Shown piece by piece: positions 61,020 to 64,000 of a DNA stretch of 64,000 nucleotides. The translations under genes and the position numbers were made by a program. This stretch comes from Torpedo marmorata. Taxonomy: Eukaryota. Under the pieces are notes generated by a model that was not told the origin of the DNA, searched no databases, and saw only the letters and a list, made by a program, of their open reading frames with translations. The stretch spans positions 85,808,001 to 85,872,000 of the forward strand of contig OZ360225.1 in NCBI GenBank assembly GCA_977017645.1, given 5' to 3'. Within the stretch, counting starts at the first letter, position 1. Each line of letters opens with the position of its first letter.

Positions 61020-64000
61020 CATTTAATTCTAAAGCAAGAGGGGTAGCTATATCAATTAATAAAAAGTTACTTATTAAGATACAATCGGTAGTTATAGATG
61101 TGACAGGAAGATATGTTTTGATACATTGTCAGATTTATTCAGAATTTTGGACACTCATGAATTTATATGTGTCAAATCCAGATGATGAACAATTCATTCA
61201 AGATGCTTTTTTACATTTGTCAGAAGCTAACGAGAATATTTTGGTTGGGGGAGATTTTAACTGTTGTTTAGATTCAATAATGGATAAGACTTCAAGATCA
61301 TCGGTTAAAGGTAAGATTGTTAAAAGAGTTCTTAATTTGATGAAAGATTTAAATTTAATAGATATTTGGAGGAAATTGAACCCTAGGGAGAAAGATTATT
61401 CATTTTATTCTTTTAGACATGATTCATATTCCAGGATAGATTTATTTTTATTGTCCTCTCAAGTTCAAGATAGAATAACGCAAGCATCCTATAAAGCGAG
61501 AGTAATTTCTGATCATTCACCTTTATTAATATCTTGTATAATTCCGGAAAAAGAAAAAATTGTATATTATTGGAGATTTGACTTATCCTTGTTAAAAAGA
61601 AAAGATTTTTGTGAATATATGAGAAGGGAAATTCAGGAATTTTTGCGAATAAATGCGAATTCTATTGATGATAAATTTATTGTTTGGGAAGCTTTAAAAG
61701 CCTATTTAAGGGGTCATATAATGTTATTCAGCTAAAATTAAGAAAGATTATCTTAAGGAAGCAGAAAAACTAGAGAAGGAGATTGAATGTTTGGAAAAAG
61801 ATTTACAAAAAAACAGATCAATTCAAAAAAGAAATTGTTTAATAGGGAAGAAACTACATTATAATTTATTGCAAACATATAAAATGGAAAAATTAATTGA
61901 GAAAACTAAACAAAGATATTATGAATTAGGGGAAAGAGCTCATAAAGTTTTGGCATGGCAATTAAAAAAAGATCAAGTTTCTAGAACTATAAGTGCTATA
62001 AGGAAGAAAAATTCTGGAGAAATAACTTATAAACCTCAAGAAATAAATGAATCTTTTAAAGATTACTATTTGAATTTATATAAATCTCAGATTGATCAAG
62101 ATGATTCTAAAATTACTAGATTCCTATCCAAAATTACATTACCTAAACTGAATATTCAGAGTAGAGATTCTTTAGACTTACCTTTTACAATGAGGGAAGT
62201 TAGTGAAGTTCTTTCTTCATTAAAGAGTGGTAAGTCTCCGGGTGAAGATGGGTTTCCATCAGAATTTTATAAAGAGTTTAAAGATTTATTAATACCTCCA
62301 TATATGGAAGTACTGCATCAGATTACGGAAACTCATTCATTACCGAAAACTTTTTTAAATGCAATAATTACAGTTATACCAAAGAAGGATAGGGATGTAT
62401 TAAAAACTGAATCTTATAGGCCTATTTCATTATTAAATGTAGATTATAAAATAATGGCAAAAATTTTAGCAAATAGAATGGCTAATTATTTGCCAGATTT
62501 GATTCATGTAGATCAAGCAGGTTTTATTAAAAATAGATATTCAAAAGACAATATAGCTAGATTGATTAGTTTAATTAATTTGCATAAAAAGAAACAAGAT
62601 TTACCATTAGTTTTAATATTAGACGCTGAAAAGGCTTTTGATCGATTAGAATGGAATTTTTAATTTAAGGTATTGGAGAAATTTGGCTTTGGAAATACAT
62701 TTATTAATTGGATTAAAACTATATATAAAGAACCATCTGCTAAAGTAGTTACAAATGGACAAATTTCCTCAAAATTTCCTTTGACGTTCTACTAGACAGG
62801 GATGTCCTCTGTCACCAGCATTATTTATTTTGGCGATAGAACCTTTGGCTGAATTAGTTAGAAAAGATCCTAAAATAGTTGGTATTAAAGTTGGTACGGA
62901 AGAACATAAAATTAGCTTGTTTGCGGATGATGTACTGATATATATGACAAAATCTACTACATCACTTCAACAATTATCTATTATATTAAGAGATTATGGG
63001 GAAATATCTGGATATAAAATTAATTCTGATAAAAGTGAAATAATGGCATTATCTCAAGGCGATTATAGTAGATGTAAAGAAATTACACAATTTAAATGGG
63101 CAAAGGAGGGAATTAAATATTTGGGAGTAAAGGTTGATATAAAATTGGATAATTTATATAAATTAAATTATTTACCATTATTTGCGAAAATAAAGAAAGA
63201 TTTAGAGAATTGGAAAGATTTACCTATAACTTTAATGGGAAGGGTAAATTGTATTAAAATGAATATTTTTCCAAGAATTCAGTATTTTTCAATCAATTCC
63301 TTATGGAATTCCTCAAAAAAATTTTAAAGATACACCTAAAAAATTGAAGAAATTTAATCCAGCGTTATCAGATATGTGTTTTAGATGTAAAACTGAAATA
63401 GGATCTTTTGTACATTGTACATGGTCATGTTCAAAAATTCAAGATTTTTGGTTGAAAGTTAAGAATTTTTTAGAAAGAATTTTTAATGTTGAAATTGCAA
63501 TGGATCCTATGTTATTTTTATTTGGAGACATTAAAAAATTTAGTATTAGACATAAATTGAATATGTATCAAGTAGAATTTTTACGTATAATATTAGCAAT
63601 TTCGAAAAAATGTATAGCTATTACTTGGAAATCGGATGTTGATTTAAATCTAGAACGATGGCATGCAGAGTTACGGTCATGTATACCATTGGAAAAAATT
63701 ACCTATAATTTACGAAATAAATATCATTCTTTTTTGAAAATTTGGGGCCCATATACGAGGATTATGGGTTTAACATTGTGAACTCTCTGGATATTAGACC
63801 TACCGGCGAAATAACCTCTAAGATATACTAGTTTTTTCTTTTAAGCTTATTGACTCCTCGCTCTATCTTTCTATCTCTTTTTTTTTTTTTCTCTTTTTCT
63901 TTTACTATTATTATTTTATATCTTAATTAGATTAGGGGGGTATAGGGGTTAGGGAGGGGAGGGTGGGACGTGGGGGGGAGAAAATGTAATCACATGTATT
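61020..64000 (+). mobile_element. L1/Tx1-like LINE ORF2 (EN-RT-C-terminal), decayed, with an internal deletion
   Basis: GGDFNC, SRIDLF, SDHSP, YRPISLLNVD, LFADD and CFRC motifs; about 0.8 kb missing near 63331 relative to the copy at 15974-18371. Confidence 0.92.

Overview
This is eukaryotic, repeat-dense vertebrate DNA, most likely from an elasmobranch (shark or ray). That is inferred from tRNA-derived V-SINE/HE1-like SINEs and from CR1, Rex1/Babar, L1/Tx1 and Penelope relics. It is mostly nested transposable elements: two CsRn1-lineage Ty3/Gypsy elements, a Gmr1-type element (integrase before RT) holding a near full-length CR1, an env-only endogenous retrovirus with a 54-bp tandem array in its LTR, a Penelope-like element, solo LTRs, and Tc1, pogo/Tigger and hAT elements. 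A few minus-strand exon candidates belong to a host gene I could not identify. The standout is a Mag-like LTR element (42260-45491, TSD CTATC) whose pol has been replaced by a chain of intronless host mRNA fragments: GOLGA4, a type III intermediate filament and CCT6, plus unassigned pieces. These are fused to gag with the reading frame kept across the junctions, which makes it a candidate retrotransposon-driven mRNA capture and shuffling vehicle. All family and gene assignments come from recalled motifs, not from database searches.
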